64,000 nucleotides of DNA from Takakia lepidozioides (Eukaryota > Plantae > Bryophyta), in the NCBI GenBank assembly GCA_030704615.1, contig CM060733.1:43462001-43526000 (forward strand), read 5' to 3'. This document shows, in pieces, positions 51,901 to 64,000 of the stretch. Within the stretch, counting starts at the first letter, position 1; every line of letters begins with the position of its first letter. A program made the position numbers and the translations under genes. The notes under the pieces are model-generated. The model ran no database searches. It had not been told where the DNA came from and saw only the letters and a list, made by a program, of their open reading frames with translations.

Positions 51901-53717
51901 TATGCAAGAGACAGACATACGTTTCTGAATCTGCTGAAATGCCTCCTTGGTTTAAAGTCTGTAGATCCTCTTTCAGTCTGCCTGCCTCGCAAAGCATCTT
52001 CACATGCCCAGAAGTGCCAGAAGAGGCATTGTGGACTCCCTCTCTTGATCCTCTTCCAGAAGCTGTGGTCATGGTTGAGGAGCCTGATTTTATCAACTGT
52101 GCCGCTGCTGCTGCGGCTTCCAGTTGACCATCTACCCATGCAGGTTTCTTGTAGTTATTGATCCACAGGGAATCATACGTAATCTTGTGCTTGAAATCTG
52201 GCCCTCTTGGATGAATCTGGACCCACACTCCATCCCTGCTCCTTCAGCTATCCATGCCTCTGCACAATTCATGCAAACATCCTTGCCTTGCTGCTAGCAG
52301 CTGACAATGACAGCCTAGATTTGTTCTAGGAAACACCCAACTCAGGTTATCACACTAGTTCCTATGCTCATTGCGTCTGCTACTCTCTGTAATCCAACAG
52401 GCATCCACCTTTTTGCCTCCATTGTCCCACCATTGACTGGGGTCAGAAAAGTATTCTTTCCACAGCTTCTCCTCATCTTTGTTACCTGTTTCTGGATACA
52501 TCCCTGTTGTCACATTGGCAGTATCATGTCAAAGTCACTCCAAACTATCAAAGGTTCACTCAACCAGCTAACTTGCAGAATGCAACATGAAAATTTAGGG
52601 CCCATTCTGATAAGAGGGAAGAACAGGGTGAAATGTGTTGAAGAAGGTGCCTTCATTGGCAGTGCCTGATTTTATCAATTGAGCCGCTGCTGCTGCGGCT
52701 TCCAGTTGACCAGGTTTCTTGTAGATATTGATCCACAGGGAATCATAGGTAATATTGTGCTTGAACTCTGGCCCTCTTGGATGAATCTGGACCCACACTC
52801 CATCCCTGCTCCTTCAGCTATCCATGCCTCTGCACAAATCATGGATACATCCTTGCCTTGCTGACAGCAACTGACAATGACAGCCTAGAATTCTTCCAGC
52901 AAACACCCCAACCATACTTATCACACTAGTTCCTATGCTGACTTGCATCTGCTTCCAACAGGCATTCACCTTTTTGTCTCCATTGTCCCACCCTTGACTG
53001 GCGTCGGAGAAGTGTTCATTCCAAAGCTTCTCCTCGTCTCTGTTATCTGTTTTTGGATACTTTCCTGCTGCCACATCGGCACTAACTTGTCAAATTCATT
53101 CCAAACCACCACAGATCCACTGCAACATATGGCAAATGAAAGGCTACAACTTGGATGCAGACACCATATTCAATATGCAAATTCAGGGCCGAGTCTGATG
53201 AGAGCGCAAAACAGGCTGAAATAGGTCGAAGAAGAAGGTGCCCTCACCACATTGTCCTTGACCTTGTATCATGACCAATGGAGGATTTGACCGACCATCA
53301 ACCCAAAAGGACCTCTTGTGTGTGCTGCTTGTGTCTGTAGTCACGTAATCTCGGATTGGTCTGTGAGAGCCACTACGGTGCAGATGAGCAGGCAGAGATT
53401 GAAACACGGCCTGCTAAGACCAAGCTGACTCTCCCAAGAACCTTGTAAACATCCGGAAGAATACCAAATCGTGGTACTAACAGGAGCCAAGAGCCCACAT
53501 TTGCAGGATGGACAAACTTCTTCACATCGTACATTGAGAAAAAGCCACACCTTGCGATTGCGGTTCTCCCACCCTCGTGAAGGATCTTTACAAAACTCAT
53601 GCCAGCTCCAAGGTAGAGGTTTGTGATCGAAAATCCGACAGCATCAACATGTTGACATGGTCCTTTACTGAGGGGTGCTAGTGAAAGTTGTTTTGGGCTC
53701 CATTGGGCTCTACACAT
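48991..53717 (-). pseudogene. Paralogous PDF-PLS-E-DYW PPR gene with two 1-bp deletions (pseudogene or consensus error)
   Basis: Main exon 52216-48991 with seven MYxKC-containing PLS units. Frameshifts at 50291-92 (ccaGG versus ccaGGG in sister repeats) and 49153-56 (G4 versus G5 at 16142-46). Upstream exons 53717-53551, 53360-53248, 53064-52970, 52786-~52666/52651 (GC donor, uncertain) and 52503-52409. HSE, CGDCH and DYW are intact once the frame is restored. Confidence 0.85.
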
Positions 53718-54266
53718 GTGGCTTTTTCTTTTTCTTTTTCTTTTTCTTTTTCCTCCCCAGGTATCACTCATGTATGTACGATGGGTCTTGAATGGATGTG
53801 AACGGTGGGTGTAGATGCGCGATGGGCGGATGCTTTAGAATAGTCAGTGGATGTGCAGGTGTTGAGTTCGAAAAGCCACTGGAACTCTCGTGTTAGTAAA
53901 ATACTTTTCAGCGATCGGGAAGTGGTGTATATAGATTGGTCGGTAGCTTATCGACATCTCTCGAGATTGTTAGATCTTTCATTGAGGTGAGGTTCATATT
54001 GATATTGAGGTCATACTTTGGTCAGCCAGCACTCAGCACTCAGTGCATGGGAAGGGCTCTCTATCAAAGAAAAATGTCTTTTCATTTAGGCTGCTTGTGG
54101 CCTTGTTTAGTGCCCCGGTGCGGGTCTGAACAGGCATGCACGAATCAATGGACAAGTGTGGTTGGCTCCTGCAGCATTCCGCATTCAAAGGATTCGTGAA
54201 GCTATACCACACATACTCTCTTTTGCAACTCCTTCCTGCTCATTTGCCTCACAAGAGCTAAAGTTG

Positions 54267-57200
54267 AATGCCAGTAGCAAAGTGCTTGCCAACGGGTTCC
54301 TGTCTGCTCCCTTCCAGTTGCAACGCTCTGTGCGTCAGGGGTGCCCACTGGCACCGTTCCTATTTTTAATTGTGGCAGACTCTCTCGGGCACTTGTTAGA
54401 TGCGGATGAGCACATCTTGGGGCTCCCAATCCCTCACTAGCACCCCACTGAGCTCCACATCAAATCCTCCATGTTCGTGGATGACACGGTACTTTCCCTC
54501 AAAGCAGACCCAGACAACCTGACTCGGGCCACAAACACTTTGGAAAATTTCTGCCAGGCGTCCGGCTTCAGCGTCAATTGGGGTAAAACAGTGGCTCTAT
54601 TGGTGGGGGAGAAATCGGCATCTGCCATTGGTGAGGACCCATCATGGGGTCAGCACTTAGGCCTCCACTGGCTCAAAGAGGGTGAATGCACCAAGCTCCT
54701 TGCAGAGTTCCCCTTGGGGATGAATCTCTCTGAAGACCAGAGAATGGGGCCCATCATTGAGAAATTGAAGCGTAAGCTTGTCTTTTGGGGCTCTAAGCAC
54801 TTAACCCTCACTGGCAGGGCTTTGGTTGCCAATCAAATTCTCCTGGCCAGCATATGGTATTTTGTTTCAGTTTGGAGTCCAAACCCATCGAGGAGGATAG
54901 CTACCCATTCACAAAAGTCAGAGGATAGGCCCACCTTGCGCATTAACGACATCAGGAGCGGCCACTCCACCTTGTCAAAGGCCTTCTCGAAGTCGAGAAG
55001 AATCATGGCAATCGCTAGATTACTGTCATTTGCAAAGGACTGGGCTTCTTGAGCGAGGAGAATGTTGTCGAGGATGAATCTCCCTTTATGTAACTAGTCT
55101 GGCTTTTTCTGATGAGGGAGGGAAGCAGTGGTTGGAGGCGCATGGCTAGGGATTTTGCTGTGATCTTGTATGAGACGTTCAAGAGGGTGATGGGCCTGTA
55201 GTTGGCTATGAGATTCCCAAGAGGGGGCGCGGCTTATTCAAATTGAATGCCTCCATCCTAAAAAATGCCCAGGTTCAGCAGGCCCTCAAAAAAACTTGGC
55301 TGGAGTGGGGATCTCTCATCCAATGCCCGGTTGAAAGGTTTCCGGCAAGCGACATCCACAGAATGCAAATCAATCAGTAGGAAGCTGGCTTGCAACCGCA
55401 ACAAAAAGATTCTTGCGCTTACAAAATGCCTAGCTACCACTTGCCAAAAAATCCTTGAAACTGATCACTCTGACCCTCTAGTTTTCCAGACATACCTTGA
55501 AGCCAGGGCAAACCTGGATATTCACGAGAATCAGGGAGAAACCAAATTAAAAATCCAAGCGGGTCTACAAAAGGAGAGAAGATGTCAAATACTTTATTGA
55601 CAAAATCCAGATCCGGAGAGCAAGGCAATCAATCCCAGAGCTCAATGATTGCCTTGGGAACCCGCAATTGAGCCCCAAAAAAATTGTTGACATTGCTCAT
55701 CACATTCTCTTCTTTCCAGAAAGTATATATATGATGGTATAAAAATGTAAGGGTTGCAAGTGTCCATAGCGCGAAGTTGGTATACTGGCAAAATTTCACT
55801 AAGTGGACAATATTTTTCACTCTAGCATGCATTGACCCTGAAACCCCCGCAGACAGTCACAGAAGTATATATAGGGAGTAGTAACCCCGAGAACGGTGCA
55901 AACCCGTTGGTGACCAAAAACTAATGAGTAAGCGTGCGAGCCGGAAAGCGACCAAGGTGTGGGGAGCTGTTCCGGACTGCCATCAATCAAAGGGAATTTC
56001 CACTAGGCCCAAACTGAGCGAGGGTCTTGTGGAGGAGTAAATGGGACCGTTATGTCCCGGTGAGCAGCTGAAGCTCCGAGTTGGCCGAGCGGCCCCCACC
56101 AAGCTGGGTCCCCTAGAGGCTGCTTCCTTGGATGGTGCATTCATAGAAGCAGAATTGTTAAGAGCTCTAGAATCCATGGACAATCACAAGACCCCTGGGG
56201 AAGATGGCTTGCCCGCTGAATTCTACAAAATCATCACATCCATCCCCAAATACCAAAGAATATATCAGATCAATGGTTACCTGCAACTAGATTCCAATCC
56301 CAGAAACCACCATCTTCATTGAATTGCCAGACTGCTCCGCAAAGCCGCCAGTGGGAAAGACTTGGATCAAATCCCTCATCCCGAAAGACAAGAGAGCAAA
56401 TTCTTTTTCAACCACAGCAGGCCGTCAAATATGGGCGCTCAGCCCAGCCTGTCTCAAACCTGGCAAAATGCTGATTACATTGCATTCCTAGAGTATAAGA
56501 GGTGTCGGCTCAAGTCAAACCTCTGAAAAGAAAGCCAAGATCAACTCCTGGCTTGCTCCCTTCCTTCTTTAGGATGCAATCATCTTGCTCCAAGAGCACA
56601 AACTCGACGCCTCAAAGATAAAGGGATTTGCTATTCTATCAGCCTGACATCGGTGTGACGTGGATGCGAAAACGGCGGCCACATGATAATATAATATTTT
56701 TTCTCGGGCTGCTCGTAATTGTATGCTTGGATTTGTGAGAAACAATAATGAAAAATGACATGGGATTGTACCGACATGCCACCTTTGGAGGCTGCTGAAG
56801 GTGGAGGCTGAGCGGGAGAACGTAAAGGTAAAAACAAAAAAAATGGATGTCGAAAATAATTTTAAAAAAAAAACCAACATGAGATATGGACTTATAACGT
56901 GGAAGAATTATGCATGTTTTTGAGCCATATTAATCGTTAGCTTGGATTATTGTATGCTACGGAAATGTCCAAGGATACTGGTGAAAATATATATATATTT
57001 GACCTAAGTTGAACGAAGGTGGCTCTTTTGTCCTTGTAGAAGGTACTTTTCGCTTTTTCGAATGTGATCTTATATTCCAATTCAAACTCTAAAATTTACT
57101 TTTTTTTCGGGCAAGTTTGTTGGGCAGATTGAAATGTTCTTGTTCACCTTCATTACTGATGGAATTGCGTTGGTAACTGACAGAATAGGAGCTCTCAAAG

Positions 57201-59850
57201 ATAAACAGTTTAAGGGATCAACTCTGGCCGGCACAGTTCTCATACTGGAACCAAACTATAGAAACCTCAAGAGGAGGAACTGTCATCTTCATCAGTCCAT
57301 CTCTCTCAAGCATGGTAGTATCCTCCTCCATATGGATGCAAGGGAGGGTACAATTCATAACCCTTCACCCCCCCCCCCCGAACAGTGCTGCAGCATTGCA
57401 GCAATCGGTATTCTCAACCTCTATGCTCCCAACTCTCCTCAGGAGCGCTCAGCTTTATGGAGCCTCTTGCACTCAAAGATGGAGGCACAGACTGGCATTT
57501 CACAATGGATTGTTGCAGGGGATTACAACATGGTAAACCACCTCGGACAGATTAGGGGCAGGCCCTCTCAATCTAGGCATCCAAGAAGAAATGGCCTGGC
57601 AAAAACTGAGGCATGACTTCTCCCTGGCGGAGCCTCGGTGATTGACAACCTCCACACCTCTCCATTTTACCTAGACAAACAACCGCAGAGGAGATGAGCT
57701 AAGCATGGCTCGGTTGGATAGATTTTATTTATCCTCAAGCCTGACAACCTAGGCCCCCAAGATCCAATCTTCCAGGATTTCGACCATGCCTGTGTTCAGA
57801 TGTCCCTTAATCTGCCCCTTTAATCTTGAAAAAACCCCTTGAAAGACATTAAAAAACCTAATAAAAAACCTAGAAAAACCCCCAGAAAATGATAAACAAA
57901 ATCCCCTGAAAAGGGGCGTGATCACCCCTTGCGCCATCTCCTTGGGCATGTTCTTTGAAGATTTAATGGCATTTGCCATGCTGCAAAGGTCTTCGGAGAT
58001 GTCTTGCCACTCCTCCTCAAGACCTCTTCACACGTCCACTGGGAGAAATTTGCGGTCTCTTTGCTTTAGTTTCATGCCTTTCATACACAGCATCCAACAT
58101 CTTTGTGGATCTCTCACCATGTTAGCAAAGCAGAGGATCGGTATTTCCGAGGAGTCCGAGGAGATGTCACATGGCTCCCTCATAGATCTGCTTTCCAGCC
58201 TGTCAGCAGCCTCTTTTTCCAGCAATGCCTGAAGGATTTGAAATCCATTGAACAAGGTATCCTTGGCCCTGATTTGCGCTTGCTTGGTGCACCATGGAGC
58301 TGAGTCCGCAGCCTCCCTTACCCAAAGCTCATTGGAGCAGGCGGGTCCATTGCATATTTTTTCAGCGTTTATCAGGGCCAGTATTTGTGTGGAAGTAGTC
58401 TGCAATTTTCTTTCTTAGCGTTGGCACAGGGCTACTGTCCATATGGCTCTTGGAGACGAATTCCCGGACATCCTTGGTAGTGATAGGGTAGTGATCCACA
58501 AGGATTCCATGCCTTCCCTTTCTGGCGATGTGATCAGAAATTGGTGATGCTCCTCCCACCAGTGGGGTGACACATGCGGCTTGCGGTCCCTCAGTTGTGG
58601 CTAGCTGGGAGCAGCCTTTTAAGTGCAGGCCAGGGAAAGTTTGAAGTCTGAGGCAAATATTGGCCAAGACTGGGTTGAGAGCAATCCCAATTTTGGCTTG
58701 TGGGTTTGAAAATCAATGGAGCGCATTGGATGCTCAAAATCAGAGCTGGAAGGTTGGATATCCACCTGAGTGATTCGAATTAATTCATGAGCAGAGTTTA
58801 ATTGATGCTGAGGTGAGCTCAGGGAATTCTTGGTGGCAGATGGGCGCACTCCCTCCTGGAGTGCGGTGCTGGTTGCGCAGCATTCCAGTGACATTTCCTT
58901 GGGCTGCAGCACCCCTCTGGAGTAGGTCTGCAGCTTCTGAAGCCAATGCTTTTCCATGCCGCTGCTCCATGAACTGTGGGATGTTTAGAGTGACTGGGGC
59001 TTTGTGTGACTCAGCTTCAATGACACATGGGGTCTTCAGATTGCCTTGGCTTTTTAGTTCCCTGGGATGCAGGGGCAGCGAAGGATGCCTCCCCCCAATC
59101 TTGAGCCCTTGCTTCCGGCGAAGAGAGTGCCTGGTTTGGGTGTTGTGGGAGGGTGTGCTTGTGTGGTTTGCTTGGCATAGGCCCCATGTGGTTGGAAGAT
59201 GTGCCTATGATTGGAGAGGGCACGTGCTTCACAGGAGATTGCCTCCTCTTCTTACCTAGAGGGCACTGTAGCTTCATGTGCCCTTGCTGTCCACAATTAA
59301 AGCAAGCAGAGCTGGAGTAGTCTTCCATGAGCTTGATAGTGAAGAAATTGCCTTTGTCATCGATTGGCAGCCGAACATAGGGAGGAATGGTGTCTTCATT
59401 AGGCATCATTATGACAATTTTGGGAGCCCCATTCTCTTTGGCTTTGGAGGCAATAGTGGCATCCTTCCATGCAGGATCCCTTCTAATTGAATCCATGGAC
59501 ATGTCTGGGTCAAATACTGCCAGACATCCAAGATAAGATCCAAGGGAGTTTCCAATGTCTGGCAGAAAGAAAGGTACTGATCAGGAATTTGCGAGACCAC
59601 AACAATTCGAGGAGCCCAGATCTTGCCGTTCCTGTTCCCCATCATGGGGGACTAAGGAAAAATGGTTACATTGCAGCCCTTGAGATGGGGATTGAATTTT
59701 AAGGCCTTTTGAGTTGCCTCTTTGCTTTCAAAGAGGATGGAAAAAAAGCCTCTGCCCTTGGCGTGGCAGAAGTGCTGCTGCAAGTCCCCTTGCCCACCCA
59801 GATGTGAAATGACCCATTCCCTGACATAAGAACCCTCCACCCTCCTTCTA
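54267..59850. mobile_element. Rearranged L1-type LINE (ORF1, endonuclease and RT pieces on both strands)
   Basis: ORF1 on minus 59850-57900 (CFNCGQQGHMKLQC). Endonuclease on plus 56500-57760 (LQEHKL, NLYAPN, GDYN, RLDRFY). KTPGEDGLPAEFYK on plus ~56190-56230. YRPITLLN...DFEKAFD on minus 55210-54890. VRQGCPLAP...FVDDT on plus 54330-54490. Confidence 0.88.
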
Positions 59851-60213
59851 GAGAAGTGTATTTCAGTGTTTCAATCAAGACTTTCAGCAAGTATTTCAAT
59901 ATTCAGCCAGATTTTTAGCAAGTATTTTGATATTTCAGCTAGTTCTTCAACAAGTATTTCAATATGTCGGTTAATATCTCAACAAGCATTTCAGTATTCT
60001 AATAATCAGTAAATCCGAAGGTCAGTTTTATGATATCATATATCAATGTTAAATTCATACATCTATAAATTTCTGCCACCAGTGCCTCTATGGGCCCTGG
60101 CTTTATAAATAATTAAGTAATTATTTTTCCTCTTATGCACAACATGTTTAACATATAGTTTGAATATGTGATTATCTTATTTCAATAATGTTTTAAGGAA
60201 ATTTTCTACTTAA

Positions 60214-61194
60214 CCCCTTATGGACGAGGCTGTTTTTGGTGCGCCCACTCCAAAACAGCACATACCCTCACGGATGAGGGTATATCTCCCAGCTAACAAA
60301 CATCCACAGGGATGAACCGTATGAAAAGAAGGCTACCTACCTCATGCACCTGCTGTAAAAATTTCAGCCCATTTCACCATGTCATTAGGAAGATTATAAC
60401 AAAATGGTAAGCCCTAAATCTGTAGTATACTCCAATTTTAGAGGGAAAAAATAGTTTGACCAGGCAATTTTTCCCAGAAAATATTTTTTCCTTGCAAGAC
60501 TCCACCCACATTCCGATTCAGAGGCACCTAAAGCATGTTGCCCCAAATTTGCAAAGCAGAATTCCTAAATCTGCATAGGGTTACTTTGTATGGGAAAACA
60601 GGGGGGGTCAAAAAACACCATTTAGCTCAACTGACCTGTAATTCAGCCATAGGGTCCAAATTGGCGTTGTAACCACAATTGCAATGGTGGAATTGTTCCT
60701 TGATTGATTTCCTACTACCTCCAAAAAGAGTTTCTGAATTCTAACCAAAATGCAGGCAGAGATTTCAATTCCTACTTAAATCCCAGCTCAGGCCAAGTAT
60801 TGCCTGAGCCGGTAGATAATTCCGGCCAAAAAATGGGGCCACATCATCAAAACTGATGAAGTCACAGGGGGCTGTTTTGTGTGGGCTCGTTTTTAGTGGG
60901 CCCCGCTGATAGCCGTTGCCGGCAAATGCCGAGACCCAGTCGCGTGCCAAGTGGTAAAGTCAACCCTGCTAGAGGGCCCCAAACCACATGATTTTGGGTA
61001 CCCCCATGCACTCCAAAAAATCCTGACAACTGTCCTTTAGGATTTTTACGGTGCCATCAACACAGGGGGGGGCGCAGAATTAAATTTCCTACATTTTTCA
61101 TTCAGGGCTCGATTTCATCCGAGTTCATCCCGACAATTTTCATCCATTCGAAATTTTCAATTGTCCCGATTCAGGTCGACTCGTCCATTAGGGG
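60214..61194. mobile_element. piggyBac-like non-autonomous element (981 bp)
   Basis: TTAA at 60210-13 and 61195-98. 15-bp TIR ccccttatggacgag / ctcgtccattagggg (1 mismatch). Confidence 0.85.
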
Positions 61195-61359
61195 TTAAAG
61201 AGTTTGTAGTAGGGTGGAGCCATTGAGCAACTAGCCGCATGTTTTTTGAACGATTTGGGGTAAATATTGGAATTTGGAACGTGAAAAAAACTCAAATGCC
61301 ATTACCCAAGGTAAAAGACTCCGGCTGCTCAGCGCCTTCCTCTCTGGTCGTTTCCAAAT

Positions 61360-61570
61360 AACACTCTATAATCTCCAGACTACAAACATAAACTAGGTTA
61401 GCATCTGTGTAAGTCTGGACAAATTCGTTGTTCCTCGTCGGGTAGAACCCAATGGAGCCCAAAACAACTTGCATGAATGTTGTTGAAAGCTCACTAGCAC
61501 CCCTCAGTAAAGGACCTTGTCAAAATGTTGATGCTGTCGGATTTTTGAGCACAAACCTCTACCATGGAGC
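61360..61570 (+). pseudogene. Orphan inverted copy of exon 1 of the PPR genes
   Basis: caatggagcccaaaacaacttgcatgaatgttgttgaaagctcactagcacccctcagtaaagg...gatgctgtcggatttt matches the reverse complements of 20200-20350 and 53600-53710. Confidence 0.8.
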
Positions 61571-62215
61571 ACAATTGCAGATAAATAAATAAAAATAATT
61601 AAAATGAAGACAAACAAGAAAATTCCTATGGGTGGAGAATTTCCAAAGGAACCCATAGATACCAAAATTACCTCCAGGGGGTCAAGGGAACACCTTGGGA
61701 ATGCGCTCCTAACTCAGGAACGGTAACCGCTATCCTCAATGGGAGCACCCCAAATTCTTGTACACAACCTCCCTGCACAAATGTTAATACGTTGACCAAG
61801 GGGTCAATGCCTCATTGGATGAATGAAATAGTAGCTCTAATGACTCATCTAACAACCATTCATGCAACAAAAATAATATTTAAACCAAATAAGCGGTCCC
61901 AAGGCTTTCCTAGCTCTAGAATCCTCCTCTACCATAAACTAATGTGTCCTATAAGCATGGTGGTATTGAAATTGGTCATCATGATCAACCTCCTGAAACC
62001 CCGAGGGAACCTCTCCCACTTGGTCTTTGGGCTATCATTCTCTGTCTTATGCAAGAACTCTCGGGCCGCACCTCCTCAGGCTCCGGGACACGACCTTAGT
62101 GGGGCCTTTCCAATGATTCTAATTTTCACATGTCTTAGGCTAACCTTCCTCTACACCCACATGCTAAAGGGAAGAACATGAATAGTGCACCAAAAATCAA
62201 GGTGAGGGAAAATAC

Positions 62216-63012
62216 CACTGTTGGACTGGTATGTCTATTTTTTAATACCAGACTGATCCAGGTATCAAGGGTCCCACCCTTTTTTCATACCAGGCTGGTA
62301 TAAGTATTTATACAGACATGAGCAACCTGGGTATGAATAGGGTATGAATTTTTATATTTTGGGCTGTATATGAGTATGGTACTGGTATCTTTTTCTTTTT
62401 TTTGATACTGGGGGTATATGAGCACTGGTATGGTATTTCATCCACATTAATATCATCCATATCCATTTTTTATTTTTATTTTTATTTGTTAAAGCTGAAG
62501 TGCGCACCTCAGCATCAAGAGGGTCCTCGTCTCCAAAGGGAAGTGCTCAGATCAGGCAAAGGTTAGAAGAAGCCGACCCCAGAAGAAGAAAAACACCTGC
62601 CAAGATTGCATACACATAGCACGTATGTCCCTAAGAGCCTTCATGAAGGCAGATTGTTTGCTGCAAGGCCAAAGACTAGAATATTGTTGCAATCCGCAGC
62701 CACTACTTTGCTCATTGAAGGAGCCGCACCCTACTGCAGCATAGGCACAAAAATCTAACGCCATCGCCATATTGATACCCAGCTCTGTCCACCATAAAGT
62801 TGTGCAATACTGGTATCGTGACCACGCTGCACTTGCACATACCCAGACTGGTAAGGTATGTGTGGGGGGGAATCCTAAAGACATACTCCCCCCAGTACGT
62901 GTATGACATGGGTACACTGGTTCGTTCATACCCGACTGGTATGTTCTTCAATATATATATTCATACATGTATTCTATACCTAGGTCCAACCAGGTATATC
63001 AGTCCAACACTG
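62216..63012. mobile_element. hAT-type non-autonomous element (797 bp) with a probable nested A-tailed insertion at ~62466-62810
   Basis: TIRs cactgttggactggtat / atatcagtccaacactg. 8-bp TSD GAAAATAC at 62208-62215 and 63013-63020. Confidence 0.85.
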
Positions 63013-63399
63013 GAAAATACAACCTTAAGGCGCTTAAGAGCACCATCTTTTTAGCTTGGGTGGCTGCCCGTATTGGGCAGCCCCTTACTCTTAGCTAATG
63101 CTCTTTCTAGTTGATTTAGTGAATCCCCATGGTTCTAGGACCCTATGGGGTGTTAGTCCACTTAGCCTCCAAGCTTAAAACATGAAAAAATTGGCGATAG
63201 CTTCGCCGTAATATGGAAATCTTTCTTTATAAACTGTAAATGGCTCCAAGGCCTACAAGGTATGGGGCTAGAAGCCAACTCTAGCTCCCACAAAATAATG
63301 CTCTCAGTACTAGCAAACTCGAGCTCTACTTGCTAGGACCTAAGCTCCTCAAGCAACTATGGTGCTAGATTCCAACTCTAGGGGGGATGCTAAATTCTA

Positions 63400-63470
63400 C
63401 GAGCCCAGCCCAAGAGCCCAAGAGCATTTGAGCCCAAGAGCCTGACGTGAGCCCAGTCCACGTGGCATGA
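63400..63470. promoter_or_regulatory. Cluster of site II (AGCCCA) motifs and a G-box; possible promoter of a gene beyond the window
   Basis: Five agccca motifs followed by ccacgtggc. Confidence 0.35.
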
Positions 63471-63659
63471 AAATTGGGGGAGATGCAGGGTGTATTTCCG
63501 CGGAAGATGACACATTACCGCAGAAACACGTCTTTATCCACATTAACCCTGAAACCCCAAGCTCGAACCCCAACCCTTAACAACCTTATCACCCTACCTC
63601 AACCCCGACAGTCAACCTTCACCATCTAGCGCCTGTGCATGGTACTGCGCACCGACCTC

Positions 63660-63748
63660 ATCCATGGACCATCCATCCATCCATCCATCATCCATCCAAT
63701 AAATATCCATCCAGCATCTCTCCATCATCCATCATCCAACAACCATCA
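63660..63748. repeat. Degenerate (CCAT)n microsatellite
   Basis: ccatccatccatccatccatcatccatcc... Confidence 0.8.
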
Positions 63749-64000
63749 TGGCTGGAACATTCAACTTGAAAAGCACAATAATACTAACCGTGAATTCATT
63801 TCACAATGTTTTGCATGCTCATGTGTGGTCTGATCCCCAACAAATTCACAATTCAAAGTCTGCAGCTAATGTGTTCCCTTCTATTTTCTTGCACTTCCTT
63901 GTCCCTCTTGAACCATGCTGGAATGATCCCCCTACATCCCCAGCATCTACATGACAAAAGTGTTTTTGTTGTGCTGCTATGATTCAGGTATGGATGATCC

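Noticed and set aside
50109-51928. Long plus-strand ORFs (517 and 582 aa), and similar ones at 16911-18505
   Set aside because: They are antisense shadows of the repetitive PPR coding sequence: a stop-free 303-bp unit repeated gives long ORFs.
53718-53771. NLS-like KRKRKRKRK upstream of PPR copy 2
   Set aside because: It is encoded by a simple A/G-rich microsatellite and is not conserved in copy 1.
61620-62200. Reverse-transcriptase remnant on the minus strand
   Set aside because: Only faint motif traces; too degenerate to delimit.

Overview
Eukaryotic nuclear DNA from a land plant, probably a non-seed lineage (inference from GT-AG introns, TTTAGGG repeats, PLS-DYW PPR genes and a Kir-type channel). 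Five protein-coding loci could be reconstructed by hand. (1) A 10-exon inward-rectifier (Kir/KirBac-like) channel on + (~5.8-14.3 kb) whose filter reads TTFGGS instead of TxGYG. (2) A PLS-E-DYW PPR RNA-editing factor on - (16.0-20.3 kb). (3) An RPAP2/RTR1/RIMA Pol II CTD-phosphatase homolog on + (21.8-26.4 kb). (4) An ABCG half-transporter on - (27.3-32.9 kb). (5) A paralogous PLS-E-DYW gene on - (49.0-53.7 kb) with two single-base deletions. The main finding is that both PPR-DYW genes have small upstream exons, not joined up in the ORF track, encoding up to three tandem OSB-type 'PDF' ssDNA-binding motifs (W..FF.DP..WWDNR..K | .P..PDFKHK.T...LW). Each motif is split by an intron at the same position, giving a putative ssDNA-binding module fused to a PPR array and a cytidine deaminase. 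The PPR arrays are near-identical 303-bp units in which the base-specifying residues are among the positions that vary. The rest of the window is rich in mobile DNA: degenerate LINEs (one with three in-place inversions), tRNA-derived SINEs and LINE 3' ends with a shared structured tail, hAT MITEs with 8-bp TSDs, three TTAA/CTAA-flanked piggyBac-like elements, and tandem repeats. All splice models are manual predictions; no database search was run.
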